A stretch of 64,000 nt of DNA from Camelus dromedarius (Eukaryota), in contig NC_087438.1 of assembly GCF_036321535.1 (NCBI RefSeq), forward strand, positions 3,660,001 to 3,724,000, given 5' to 3'. The translations under genes and the position numbers were made by a program. Below the pieces are notes generated by a model. The model worked only from the letters and a program-made list of their open reading frames with translations, ran no database searches and was not told where the DNA came from. Of the stretch, positions 13,105 to 25,045 are shown piece by piece (the first letter of the stretch is position 1; every line of letters starts with the position of its first letter).

Positions 13105-16100
13105 GAAGCCTACTTTGAAGAGTGTACAGATTCCAGTGACAACGACGTGGCCCCACATAGAGTTTCTGCTGAGTCCGTTTCAGAAGATGATGCACCTGAA
13201 TCACGGGATTCTTTTAACTCACCTGGAAAAAGTAAAGGAAGTGGGCCATGGGAGGAAAGACTCAGATCGCACGAAGCCACCCAAGCTCCAAATGCACTGG
13301 AAGTCAGTGAAGTGACCGCTGTCGGGCTTGGGACATTTACAGCAACCCTGGGAGAGCCTTCAGCCACCGTCTCCTTCGCTCGTGAGGAGCACTGGGCCGT
13401 GTCATCCGAGTTCATGAGCCGTAGAGGAAGGGGCGTTTTAGGTGAGGTGACGAGGCAGAGAGAGGGTCGGGAGATGGACTGGTCGGTGCACCCAGAGAAG
13501 ACCCACCATAACCCCCCGGGCAGCGAGCGTGTGGAGAAGCTGTTGGGCAGCCTGGCTCGAGAGGAGGGAGCGGCGCTCGGGACGGCAGGCCTGCGTCGTT
13601 CTCCCCTTGGCTCGAGGCTGTGGAATGAGCCCAGCACATCTGGAGGAAACACCCTGGGGCCCAGAGTGCTAGGGTCACCCACGCCCGGGTGGACCAAGTG
13701 GACGCTGGCGGATGGCGTCCCTTCTCAGCCCGGCCGCCTGTCAGTCTCTGGCCGTCCTCAGGGCCTGTGTAGAGGACTGGAGGAGCAGAGAGAAGGCCCG
13801 CGAGGGCTCGTCTCAGGAGCCGCCCCTGCACCCGGGGCGGCGGGGGCCGCGCTGCTGGCAGCGGGGCTCGGTGTCGAAGACGAGGTGTCTTCCTCCTCGG
13901 CCTCTATAGCCTCGTCTCTCTGCGGTCACCTTGGGTCTCCCTGTGATTTGGAGGATGTCGATGACACCTGTCTTCCCACTGAGGTGGACCTTCCCGAGCT
14001 GCGTCCATCCGAACAAAGATTACAGGCCGCCACGTTAAACACGTTCCAGGTGCGTCCTGAGCCCCCGGAGTGTCCCAGAGGAGACGGCGCTCTGGAGAAC
14101 AGCTTCCGAGCTTTCAGTCCGGTGTCGCGGGCACCTGATTTTCACGGCCAAAGGAGCGATGAGGTAGGATGTGCGACCCTCTTAAAAGGCACGAACGAAG
14201 TCTGCTCCCTTCCTCAGTTGGGATTCATGGGAGCCATGAGAGGTGGACTGTGTGAGAGTCGAAGTCCAAGGGCCGCGCTCACGCCGAGTCGGTCAGACTT
14301 GACGTTGTTGGCAGGACCTCAGTCTGGCTCGATGGGGAGTGGCCTCGGCTTCGTTAAAAACACTTCGTGGCGCCACAACGATCTGTTACGGCGAAGTGGC
14401 ACAGAAAGACTGAGTGCTTCGCCTGAACATGAACAGGCCAGACGCCAGTTACAGGAGGTGGTGTCCCCCCCAGAGAACAGGACGTCGGCGTCCGAGCCGG
14501 AACGCACTGGAGAGGGTCGCAGTCCTGTGGCATTCAGGGCCACAGCGCCCTTGTTGCCGAACCAGGTGTCAGTAATCACAAAGCAGACACGGCCTGAGAC
14601 CACGCAGAGTGCTGGATGGGAGCCCATGAGACCAGCTCGGACGGAGCCTCCCCTGGCAGCAGATGCTGCCGGTGGGGCTGGTCGTGTGTCACCCCGAGCA
14701 CGACGCGGAGGGAGTGAGCTCACAGCACAGGAAAGCAGGGAGGCAGCTGCCACAGAGAGAACCTCACCAGGCGTTTCCACCTCCTTGAGGAAATTAGATT
14801 TTAATTCTCTGAGTGGTTCTTTACCAGTAGAAAATCCTTGTTGTCCCGCAAATAGTAAATTATCTTTCACTTCTGAAAACATCCCGGTCCCAAACCAAGA
14901 CATGGTGACGGAAGCCAGGGGGCAAGAGGAGGTGCAGAAGCAGAGTCCGCATCTTCCTGCCCCAAGTGTGGACTCACCCAGGCTGGATGTGCAGAAAATT
15001 CCAGCCGCAGAGGTGACACTATCAAGAGCTTTTCCTGGTAGAGAAATACCCACTGGAGACGCAGTCAGGTCTGGCGGGGAGGCCCCGGCCGTCTCAAAGG
15101 ACCCGCCTGCTGTGCGGCACTGCCCGCAGGAGCGTCTGCCGGCTCAGACCCCTGGTGGTGCTTCTCCTGATGGTGTGGGCGCCGCAGATCCTGCTTTTTC
15201 CCCAGTATTCGGCAGGAGAGGTGAAGAGAAATGCTCTGTCCCCCAGAGCAGCCTTCCTGGTACCCTGTGCTGTTACACGGGCATCCGGGAGGTGGCAGGT
15301 GGCGACACTGAGGTGGAGGAGAGTGAGGCGCCCAGCTGCAGCGAGGGCGAGAATGAGCCTGAGGCCGCAGTGGAGCAGGGGCGGCCAGAGTTAGCAGCTC
15401 CGGGGGCCGCTGCGGCCGCGCCCAGACCTTCCACGGAGGTGGGCTATCTGACCTCAGCTCTGCGGGACTTTAACATCAGCGCTCTCTCCGAGATGGACAG
15501 ACTTTCCACGTCAGAGGTCGTGATGTTTCTTGAAAGTTGTCAGCTAAGAGATTATAGTTCAGGGGACTCTGTTTCAGAATGTTCTAGCAAAGGAACCCGA
15601 AATAAAGGAGTGAACAAGGAATTAAAGCAAAGCGAACCATCAGGAGACACGTACGGAAAGCAACTCTGTGAAGAAGAAACGCTCGAGACTTCTGAGGAGT
15701 GGGTCGAATCCGAGGAGGAGGACGGTCCTTTGAGGAGCCCCAGTCGGCTGGCGCAGTGCTCCTTGGAGACGCTGTCCGAGGTGCTCACTAGGATGGGGCG
15801 GGAGCTGCAGACTCCCTGCGAGGATGCTGACGAGGGAGACGCTGCTGAGGTGCTGCTCTTAAATGTGCATGACAGTGTGACAGCCGAGCACGAGGAAGAG
15901 CTGGTTCCGCCTCAGGAAACCGCCAGCTTGTCCCCACAGCCTTCAGCTGCGCCCCCACCAGGGGCCGGCTCAGACTCCTCGGGCCCTTCTCCCACCAGCG
16001 GCGGAGCTGACCACGAAAACGCCCGAGGCAGATCCGAGGGCCACTTGGATGTGATCAGGTCGGTGGACGGCGGGGAGGAGGTCCCGCCGGAACCCACGGA

Positions 16101-17841
16101 CCCCCTGCTCCTGTGCGCTGACTCCGGAGCGGGGGAGGGGGAAGCGGCGTTTCAGTGTCAGATCTCTACGGTGACCTCCGAAATTATCAACGTGCTGATA
16201 AATAAGGATCACAACCTCGTCATTGAAAAGGGGGACAACTGGACCATCATCAATGGCGTGGCTCTCATGCCGAACGTGGACCAGGTTATACTGTGTGATG
16301 CTCTTGAAGACGCCCCTGTCTCCCCGGATCCAGAGGGGCAGGGGGCTGGCTTCATTTCAGTTCCTTCTGCAGAGCAGTCCCCTGAGACCGGGCACCCTGG
16401 CCCTCCCTTTCCGGAGCTCCAGGGTGGCAGTCACATGCCGGGTACCCAGGAGGACATTTCAAGCAGTGGGCAGAATACTAACTTTGATAAAAGTCGTTTG
16501 CGGAATAGACCTGTTAAACCTAGCGTAAGGATTAGCTCTGAGATATACGATCAAAACTTTGACTCTCAGACCGTTCAGTCTGATCACACTTACTATAACT
16601 CGAAACTAGAGCCATTCAGCAAAAATAAGAATCGATCAAAGGTTTCTAACAAAGATCAGTCAAACAAACCAGTGAAGACTTCAGCATCAAGCCGGGTTGA
16701 AACTACTCAAAGTGAAGATGCTCCACCGTTTTCAGGGGAAAGAGGCAACGCAAAGGCTCCGAGGAGTCAGACGCAGACCATTCTGGCCAACGCTGACACC
16801 TCCACGCCTGCAGACTGCGGTGCTGAGACGCTGAGTAAAATACGGCAGGAGGTGGGGCCTCCCCTGCCCCCCTTGCTTGCTCCTTTGATAGCCACGCCTC
16901 CAAGGGCCTCACTGCCGGCCTCCCCGCTGATTTCAAGCTCCAGCCCTTCCTCTCCCCTCTCTCCTGCTGGCCAGGCCTCTCCCCTGGCTGAGATCCCGGC
17001 GCCTCCTGTGATGTCCCCTCTGCCGGAGGAGCCGGGGCGCCCCTCTCCTCCCCGCACGTCCCCGTCCCCATCCACTGCACTGGCCAGTGAGAGGGTCTTG
17101 TCATCTCCTCTGCAGTTTTGTGCTGCGACCCCAAAGCATGCCCTCCCCGTGCCTGGCCGCCTCCCCGCCTTCGCACCTGCCCACCCTGCGGCGGCAGCGC
17201 CCTCGGAGAATTCTGTGAAGATCCTGGACACCATGTACCCAGAGCTGTCCGCCCGTGCCCGCACCCTCAGCATCCTAAAGGGGAACGTCCAGCTTGCTCG
17301 GGGGCCCCCGGCCGACGGCAGGAGCGGCCCCGGGCCTGTCAGCGCCATCGCGGGCTTCAAAGCGATCACTTCTGCCTCAACCGCCTTTGTTAAAACGGGG
17401 GGCAGCGCTGGAGCTGACTGTAAGTACGGTCAGCCAAGGGACGTGGGGCAGGATTCCGGCGGGAAGAGGACTCTGTCGGCGCCCTCACTGAGAAGCGCTA
17501 AAAGGCTGCGCCTGGACGGCGTGTCCCCCGAACCGGAACCCACCGCAGAAGGAGTCAGCGGGGACCCCCGAGAGGACCTCTCTCAGGCTGAAGCTGTGAG
17601 GACGGAGGAGGAGAGTTCTCTCCCAGCCGCCAGTACGGCTTCACAGGTACCTCTGAACCCCAAAGAAACCGTGGAGTCCCACGACCGAGCCATAGCCGAC
17701 GCCCTGAGGAAGATCGCAGAGTCATCCTTTGACCTGCTACCTGTCATTCGCAGTCACGTGTATGTGGGGAACATCTCCAAAAAGCCTGTGATGAGAGATC
17801 AAGAGAAGGACGTTGTTTATGAATTCAGCACAACCAAAAAG
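13105..17841 (+). CDS. ICE1: ICE1 giant internal exon (~exon 13), 4737 nt / 1579 codons, largely low-complexity S/P/E/A/G-rich region
   Basis: tttttaag|GAA acceptor in frame with ORF 13147..17943; AAG|gtacgt donor after YEFSTTKK; phase 0 to 0. Confidence 0.95.
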
Positions 17842-18966
17842 GTACGTGGCTGCTTTTCTCTGAGAGCGTGGGGACTGCAGGTCCCCAGACAACAGGCTGT
17901 TTCCCGCGGGCGGAGTGGCAAGTTTAAGCTGACACAAGTTTAATCTCAAAGGTGGGCAGCTGGCCACGTAAACATATATTTCTCGCCAGCGTTTTACCCA
18001 TTTGAGAAATGATAGGACACTGGAGATTTGATAATGTGCGTTCATCAGATAACTTAAAATTTTAAAGGAAAAAAAAAGCATCAGGACTTAAGATGCAGAT
18101 CTCCCATTGATCCCGGCGTGTTTTAAAGGCTCAGTGATTTGCTTTGAAGTGTCAGATTGCTATGCAATGGAGCCTTCTTTTCTGTGAATAGTGTTGTCCA
18201 CACATCTGAGAGTTTTGAGAGTCAGAAAAATACATTGTGTGGGTTTCTCCCCTCGCTCCCTTAATGTGTGTCACAAATCAAACAGGAGCAGATACCTAGT
18301 TTCAAAAAGGGGCAGGGGAGGATTGTGCAGATTTACATACACGGTTTATTAGGACTTTCATAGGTTTTTAATTTACAAACATTCAAGTTGATACTGTGGA
18401 AGACTTCCAGTTTTCCATGGATTTTACTTTATTGGCTGTCTGTGCATCCTTGGAATCATGATGGTGTAAATATTTATTTTTCTTAGAATGCTTACCTTCA
18501 GAAAGCATAGAGAGCAGTACAGTTAACTTTGAAAAGATGTTTATTTTCAAATGACTGCATGTATGAAATTATTTAATGCTCCTTTTCCTGAGCAAGGAAA
18601 GCGCTGCCCAGTATACCCAGTATTTTAAGATCTAAACAGGATAAATGCGCAGAGTACATTGGAGTTCAGAAGACAGGAATGGGAGTAGAATTAGAGTGGG
18701 TTTAACGCACACACTCACACACAGATTATTTCACTGAAAACCAAGAAGTTGTCACGTGTTGGAGTGGCGGTGGTGCCCGGGCGCCACCAGGCGTGCATGG
18801 AGCTGCCGTCTGGGCCCCGCGGCACCACTGGCCTCGGCAGCTGCGGGCCCGCTCATACCCTGGGGCCAAAGGCACTTGAGTTTGTAACTTAGCTGTTCTT
18901 CAGTAGGTTGAAGATAAATACCAGTGAGCATTGCTTTTTTATTTTCTCTTCTTTTTCCCCATCCAG

Positions 18967-19135
18967 CATTTAGCAGAGTGCTTGCTTCACTCTATTCTCT
19001 CAGAACTGAAAACTCAGAAGACTTCCGTGGAGCACAGCTACATCCATGCCCTCTGCAGGGTGTACGTGGGCATCTGCCGGCAGCTGGGGGACTTGGAGAG
19101 GGCGCGCTTGTTTTGCTACAGCCTGCTCAAGGAGG
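18967..19135 (+). CDS. ICE1: ICE1 coding exon (~exon 14) HLAECLLHSILSELK...LFCYSLLKE
   Basis: Polypyrimidine tract then ccag|CAT; G|gtatgt donor; phase 0 to 1. Confidence 0.95.
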
Positions 19136-19950
19136 GTATGTTTACAGGGTGGCCTGCTTGTGTCAGGAACGTCTTACTGCGTTTTTGTCTGCATCTGTAC
19201 TTCCAGTTAAGTTATTGCTGTGTGTCTTTTACAGTCATGTTGTTTTGTGCATTTGCCAGAGGAGCCTTAGCCACAAACCCAGCTGGGCCTGATTTCCAGC
19301 AGGAGTTTCCGTGGCTGCAGCTCGCTTACGTCCGCGCAGGCGTTCCCGCGGGTGTGTGCTCGTCCCTCTCGTTGCCGCTCTGGCTTCGTTCCTTGTACAG
19401 CTGCTTTAGAGTCAGTGACGGCCGACCCAAGATAAGGGAATGGTTTTTAAGTGACAGACCACTCTGCTGTGTCACCAGCTGGAAAGGGAAAAACTCAGTT
19501 GGATTCATAAGCTCATGAAGAGTTGAGAGGAGAAATGGAAGGGAGGCTGTCCTTTGATGCTCTTCCTTTCCCTGCTGTTTCTTCAGTCTTCCAGTGAGCT
19601 CTGTGTGCAGAGCTCAAAATGCACAAAACATGGCCTGAAACGACACTCACCACATGGAGGGTCCTGGGCTCGGGGGTCTAGAGACGGGAGGTTTGTCTTC
19701 TCTTCTGCTTTGGGGTTTATTGCCCTTTTCATGTATACTTGCGTGTTGTGTTTCAAATCTGATTAAAGAAAGTTTGCCCAAAGAAAAGGGTGAGTTGGGG
19801 TTGGGGAGAAGCAGATTTAAAACGACAGGGCGGGACTCAGCCTGCTCTCTCCCGTCAGGGTGGGTCCCCTCGCATCACACAAGGGGAAATTGTTCATACT
19901 TCACTCACCTCATCAGACATAAAGATTTATTATCTTGTTTTCCTTCTCAG

Positions 19951-20111
19951 ATTTTCCAGAGTCTGAAAAGTTGACTTTGTTCATCGCGAACATGTGGCAT
20001 GATGTGTTTATCTCTCAGTCGGTGATCAACAAGGCGATGCAGTTAGTGGCCAGGCAGCGCGCGAAGGGGGAGGTTCTGAACTGCTTGAGAGCCTTCCTCA
20101 ACTGGGAAAAG
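19951..20111 (+). CDS. ICE1: ICE1 coding exon (~exon 15) DFPESEKLTLF...LRAFLNWEK
   Basis: ttctcag|AT acceptor, AAG|gtgagg donor; phase 1 to 0. Confidence 0.95.
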
Positions 20112-21339
20112 GTGAGGTTTCTGTCTGCTTTCTGTAATACTGCACTTGCAGGTCTTACGTAAATGTTAGCGTTTAGTTTTGTTAAGTTTAGTCTTGTATT
20201 ACCTCATGAGCATTTTAGAGATAGTATTCTTCATAACAGATCCTTTAAAATGCCATTTTAGTCTAAGCTTATGCATTTTGCTCATTAACTGTGCAGTGAG
20301 ACTCTGGGAAGAATTGTAGACCTATGTACTGTGTTAACTGAACAGAGTTTATTTGTGTACTAATTACGGCTGATGGAATCCATACACACAAGTGTGTATG
20401 TGTGGGCTGAGAGGAGATGTAAATCGTCTGCTTCTACAGTAGGTAGGAAGGTGAAAAAAATGGCATCTCAGCTCCTCCCTGTTGTGATTTTTCTGAATCT
20501 AATGTTCTGTGTTTTTCTTTCCAGTTGGTGGAATTTGTCTTTGTTCTAAATATTGTGTTTCTTGTTTCCTTTTAGCATTTTGATTTGTTTAGTAACAGAT
20601 GTGCTAATTTAGTACCTAGACTGGTGTTCTTTCATTCATAGATTTCTCCAGCGAGAGTCTCTGGATGCCAGGTGGATAGTGGTAAACTTTAAGAAGAGGT
20701 ACTGACATCAGTGAGGGGTTGACTTTCATTTTGTTCTACCCTCTTCTAGTGATTATATGACTTCCCTCTTTTAAAAAAACTCTGGCCATGCGTGTTGTAG
20801 AATTTCATATGCCACTTTGCTTCCCTTTAGTACTTTTTGATGTTTAATATTCATTAGACTTTTATTTTCTTATGAAAAGAAAAGCAAAGGGCTATTGGTG
20901 GACAGAAGTTAGGGGAATGTTAAAAAGCAAGTTTGTAATCTCTTCATCAGTCCATCTGGACAAACCAGAGTGTGTCCGTGTGAGGTTCCATCACAGTCCG
21001 GTCAGTCACTTAGAAGAGCACTCCTGTGTCCTGCCGGCAGCCGCCTGCTGCCACCCGCCACACACACCCTCCCCCACCGCGAGGGGACCTGCAGGGCCGC
21101 TTCTGCCCCTGCCTGGTCCTCCTGCTTGTGCAGGGGAGCCATCTCCTGGGGCCCATTCAGAATGAAGCCAGATGTGGTTTGATGATAAAAGACATGATTT
21201 ATGAAGAAGGTAGAATTTTAATAAATGTATTTAGCCTATATCAAATAAAAATATAAAGTCAAAGCTGTAAAAACAATGAGGAATACTTGGGGGAAAATAC
21301 CATTATAGTTCAGTTCTCTTTTATAGAATTCAACAGATG

Positions 21340-22610
21340 TCCTAGACAAAAATAAGTCAACAGACAGTGAAATTCAATCATATAGAAAGTAAACTTGAAT
21401 GAAGGCTGTATTTTTTCGTATGTCTATGGCATTTACAAAGACCAATCATGATTCTGGCCACACAAAAACCTCAATTTTTAAAAAGTGAAGAGTCTACCCT
21501 CAAAATTCTCTAGTAAATTGGTAAAAATTCAGTCAAATTAGACATAAGTAATGAAGAGATTTCATTAAAATTCCCTGGAAATTGAGATGCACAGTCTCAG
21601 ACAATCTGTGAATGGAGAGAAACTGAAGAGTAAAATCAATTTTTTAAGTCATTGATGTGGAAAACCCTTCATACCAAAGATCTCTCGTTTTTGGAAAACT
21701 TTACATTCATTAAAATAGTTTAAATGTTTCCATTATTAAACATATAATAAAGCTGGCTGATAATCTTATAAATTAAAAATTTGAGAAGGAATCTAGGAAA
21801 AAAGAATATAGTTTAAAAGGTAATAGTAATGAAGTAGAGAACAAAAAAAAACTGCCTTTAAAAAGTACTAGTGAAACAGGTAACTCAGTTCAGATTAATG
21901 AGAAAAGAGGAAAACAATAATAGTCAGGGTTTCGCAGTGAGAGCGGGTGTAAGCGGGCACAGGATGGAGAGTGAGAGGACTGCCACCTGCAGCTTCACAG
22001 CGACAGACGTGGGAACACAGGATGGTTTCTTAGCAACATAAAAATGATGAAGGCTGGTTTTAGGGGCAGAGCACTTGAATAAACCAGTTGTTTTCAATTA
22101 TAAAAAGTAGAAAAGATGATAAAAAATTTAGTATACAAGACATATGTATAGGTTCCACCTGAATTTTATCTAATCTTTAAAGAACCAACTAATTCCAGTC
22201 TTTTTCAGATTATAAGAGAAGATTGAAAGCTGTCTTCATTTTTAATAACAAAATCCGGTAAAAAATAACACGAGAAAAAAGGGGACCCAGGGGAAGTCAA
22301 ATTTATGTCCACCAGAAGGCTTATCCATGAGTGTTCACAGCAGCAGTACTCATCACAGCCTAAAGCTGGAAGTAACCCAGACGACTGTCAGCACCGAGTG
22401 GGCAGGCGAACCACGGCACGCCCACCTGGTGGGCTGCTACCCAGCAGTCAGAAGGCACGTTCAGACCGCCTGTGCGCGCAGGCGCGTGGAGCCGTGTCAG
22501 AGAACGTGCACACGCACTATGGAAGCCAGACGAGGGAGTCCCGTACCGGCGTATCAGTTTCTAGAAAAAGCAGATTGATATCTAGGGTTAGAAAAATGAC
22601 AGAATTTTAA
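21340..22610 (+). mobile_element. Old L1M fragments: ORF2 pieces (21340-22270) and 3' region (22300-22610)
   Basis: atgtccaccagaagg..gtgttcacagcagc..aaagctggaagtaacccag aligns with the young L1 near 6380-6480. Confidence 0.65.
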
Positions 22611-22951
22611 AATTTCTTTAAAAATTAAGAAATTTTTTATTATATCTTAACTTTATAACTCATTCTCTGATCTGAATTAAAGGAGGCCTGCATTCCTATC
22701 TGGATTGCAGTGTCTTCTTCACGTGACTGGATCCTGCATTCTGCTGGACTGTTTTTGTCTGGCCTGTCAGCTGCCAGGCCAGGTATTAGAACCAAGGTAA
22801 ACATAGCTCCTTACGCAACACAGCTTTCAAAAGGTGTCTTTTAAAGGTAAATGATTATTCAGTGAGTGCTCGTCATACTCTGAGATGATGCCCATAAGGT
22901 ATGTTATATTTGAAACTCTACGTTTTCTTTTTCTCTTTTTCTCTTTGCTAG

Positions 22952-23142
22952 AATGCACCTATAGACGTTGGCATCATGGTTTCGAAGCTGCTTTTGACCA
23001 TACAGTTATGTCCAAAGACGGAATTTCAGACCAGTGAGCGGTTTGGGGAAGACCTGAGTGATAACACATGGGAGTACATCTGTGCCATCGACCTGCTCTG
23101 CTGCCATCAGAAGTGGATCTGGACCCACGACAACATCATAAG
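22952..23142 (+). CDS. ICE1: ICE1 coding exon (~exon 16) NAPIDVGIMVSKLL...WTHDNII
   Basis: Long pyrimidine tract then ctag|AAT; AG|gtgcag donor; phase 0 to 2. Confidence 0.94.
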
Positions 23143-24938
23143 GTGCAGGGCCACCGGGCTGGCTGGCAGTGGGGCTCCCTGGGTCGCAGGGTCTGTTCAG
23201 TGACAGCTGAGTTGTGGTTTGAATGTGTTTGCTGTTGAAGGCGGCTGAAACATTTCCAGGTGACGTTTTCATTTGGGTAAGAGTTAACAGAACTGCCCTT
23301 TAGGGTACCCGCATCAGTGTCCCGTCCCCTTGCTTCATTTTTTTTTGTGATGCCTTCGCTGCTTTTCGTCATACCTGTTTATTACCGTCTCCCAAGGAGG
23401 AAGTGAGTCTCAGGCGGGGGGGACTCGGGCTCACTGGCACCCCCCTAGCGTGTGGAGGGAGCAGCGCCCACACAAGTGGGTGGTCGGCATATCTCAACGT
23501 GCAGGTGCTCTGAAAGAGCCCACAGGAACGGAAATACTCAGACTCTGGGCTAGCCGCCCTTCTCCCTGGGGCTCCGGGAGAGAACCGAGCCTGACGCGCT
23601 CGGGCCTCCGTCTTAGGAATGAATGGACGTGTCTGCGGCATCTATCTGGGTTGCATCTTTGGAGAATGGAGAAACAGTCAAACAATGTTCTGGAGTTCTT
23701 AATTTTCTTACACCCCTGACTGAGAAGGGCTGATTTAAAGGAATTTATGACTTTGAAAAGGATTCACCGAAGGATTGCACGTCTCTGTCTTTGAGATGCC
23801 TGCCAAATATATTCTGTGGAAATCTGTTCTTTCTCTTTTTTTTTTCTCTCAACACTAGAGAATGATACATCTAAATGTCAAATAATAGGTAATTGAATTA
23901 TGGAGCATCTTTATAATGAGATGCAGCCATATTAGAATAAATAGCTATGCACAGATTTTTCTGTGTTGACATGAAAGCATTTTGCAGTCTGTTACTGAGG
24001 AAGTGACAGGACAGTGTATTCAGTGCTGTCTGTGTCATGGTGTGTGGGTGGCCACCCTGGCCTCATCTTCCTGGGAGCACAGGAGACAGCGGCCCTTCCG
24101 TCCCAGTGACAGATGAGACCATGGGGGATGGTGCCAGTCAGAGATGCTTTGGCCAAGGTCCCTCTGCTGGTGGTATGGACAGTGTTGAATCTCAGGATCT
24201 CTGCCTAAGCGGCTCTAGACTCTGATTCCTAAGCACTGTGGTCACTTTGACCATGTCTTCTGCACACGTGCACACACCAAGGATGTGGCAAGAAAAGCTC
24301 AAAATTAGAAGAGTGGTAGTTATCTGAGAATGTGTTATTTGGAGTGCTTTTAATTTACATTTTTGTTTGTATTTAACTTTCTACTATTATAAATACTGTA
24401 TAAGAAGTTAGTACGTATTATTTTCGGAAAGACGAAACAGAGGAACTGCCACTGTTCCCAGTCAGTAGAAGGTGATTTAATCCGTGTAGGTGTGGTTCAC
24501 TCCCCGGTTTAGTTCTTCCTACAGATACAGCTGTTTGTCCCTGAGCTTCCCAGGGAAACTCAGCTTCTGGAGCGCAGGTGTTGCGTTAGTGTGGATGGTC
24601 CACCTCCAGTGCTGTGACTTGGGGACGTTATTCAGCACCTCAGCGCAAAGCACTGTAAACAGTTAAAACAGAATAAAAGTGCAAGCATGGGAGTCTGTAG
24701 CCTCTTTTCCGCCAGCATGGGCACGGAGATCCTCCACAGCTGGAGGGTGCGTGAGCTCCAGTGTCTGTTGTCGTGTTAACCTGAGAAGCCACATCTGCAG
24801 AAGTTCCTCCTCTTCCCTAATTATCTGTCTCTTATGGACCATTTTTAAGATAAGTTCTCGGTGTTTGAGTGATGGCGGGTGTGCAGACTTTCATACACGT
24901 GCATACGTACATATGTGTGTGTTACTGTTGTCTTACAG

Positions 24939-25045
24939 TAAGGAGCTGTGGCCTGTGATGGACAAGTGGATAAAATACAGGAAAGGCCATGCAAACATCG
25001 CCTACACTCCGGATATTATAATAGCATCGATCCTGAGGCTCATTG
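24939..25045 (+). CDS. ICE1: ICE1 coding exon (~exon 17) SKELWPVMDKWIKYRKGH...ILRLI
   Basis: ttacag|T acceptor, G|gtgagt donor; phase 2 to 1. Confidence 0.94.

Noticed and set aside
14319..15053. 244-aa antisense ORF in the giant exon (also 13110-13697 and 16767-17369)
   Set aside because: Shadow ORFs expected opposite GC-rich coding sequence; no recognisable protein or independent gene structure
13147..17943. 1598-aa single-exon gene
   Set aside because: It is an internal exon: the acceptor is at 13105 and the donor at 17841; the GTG start and the tail after TTKK come from ORF calling
19136..19518. Long in-frame read-through after the exon
   Set aside because: Good donor G|gtatgt, and the next exon continues the known protein; the extension has no recognisable features
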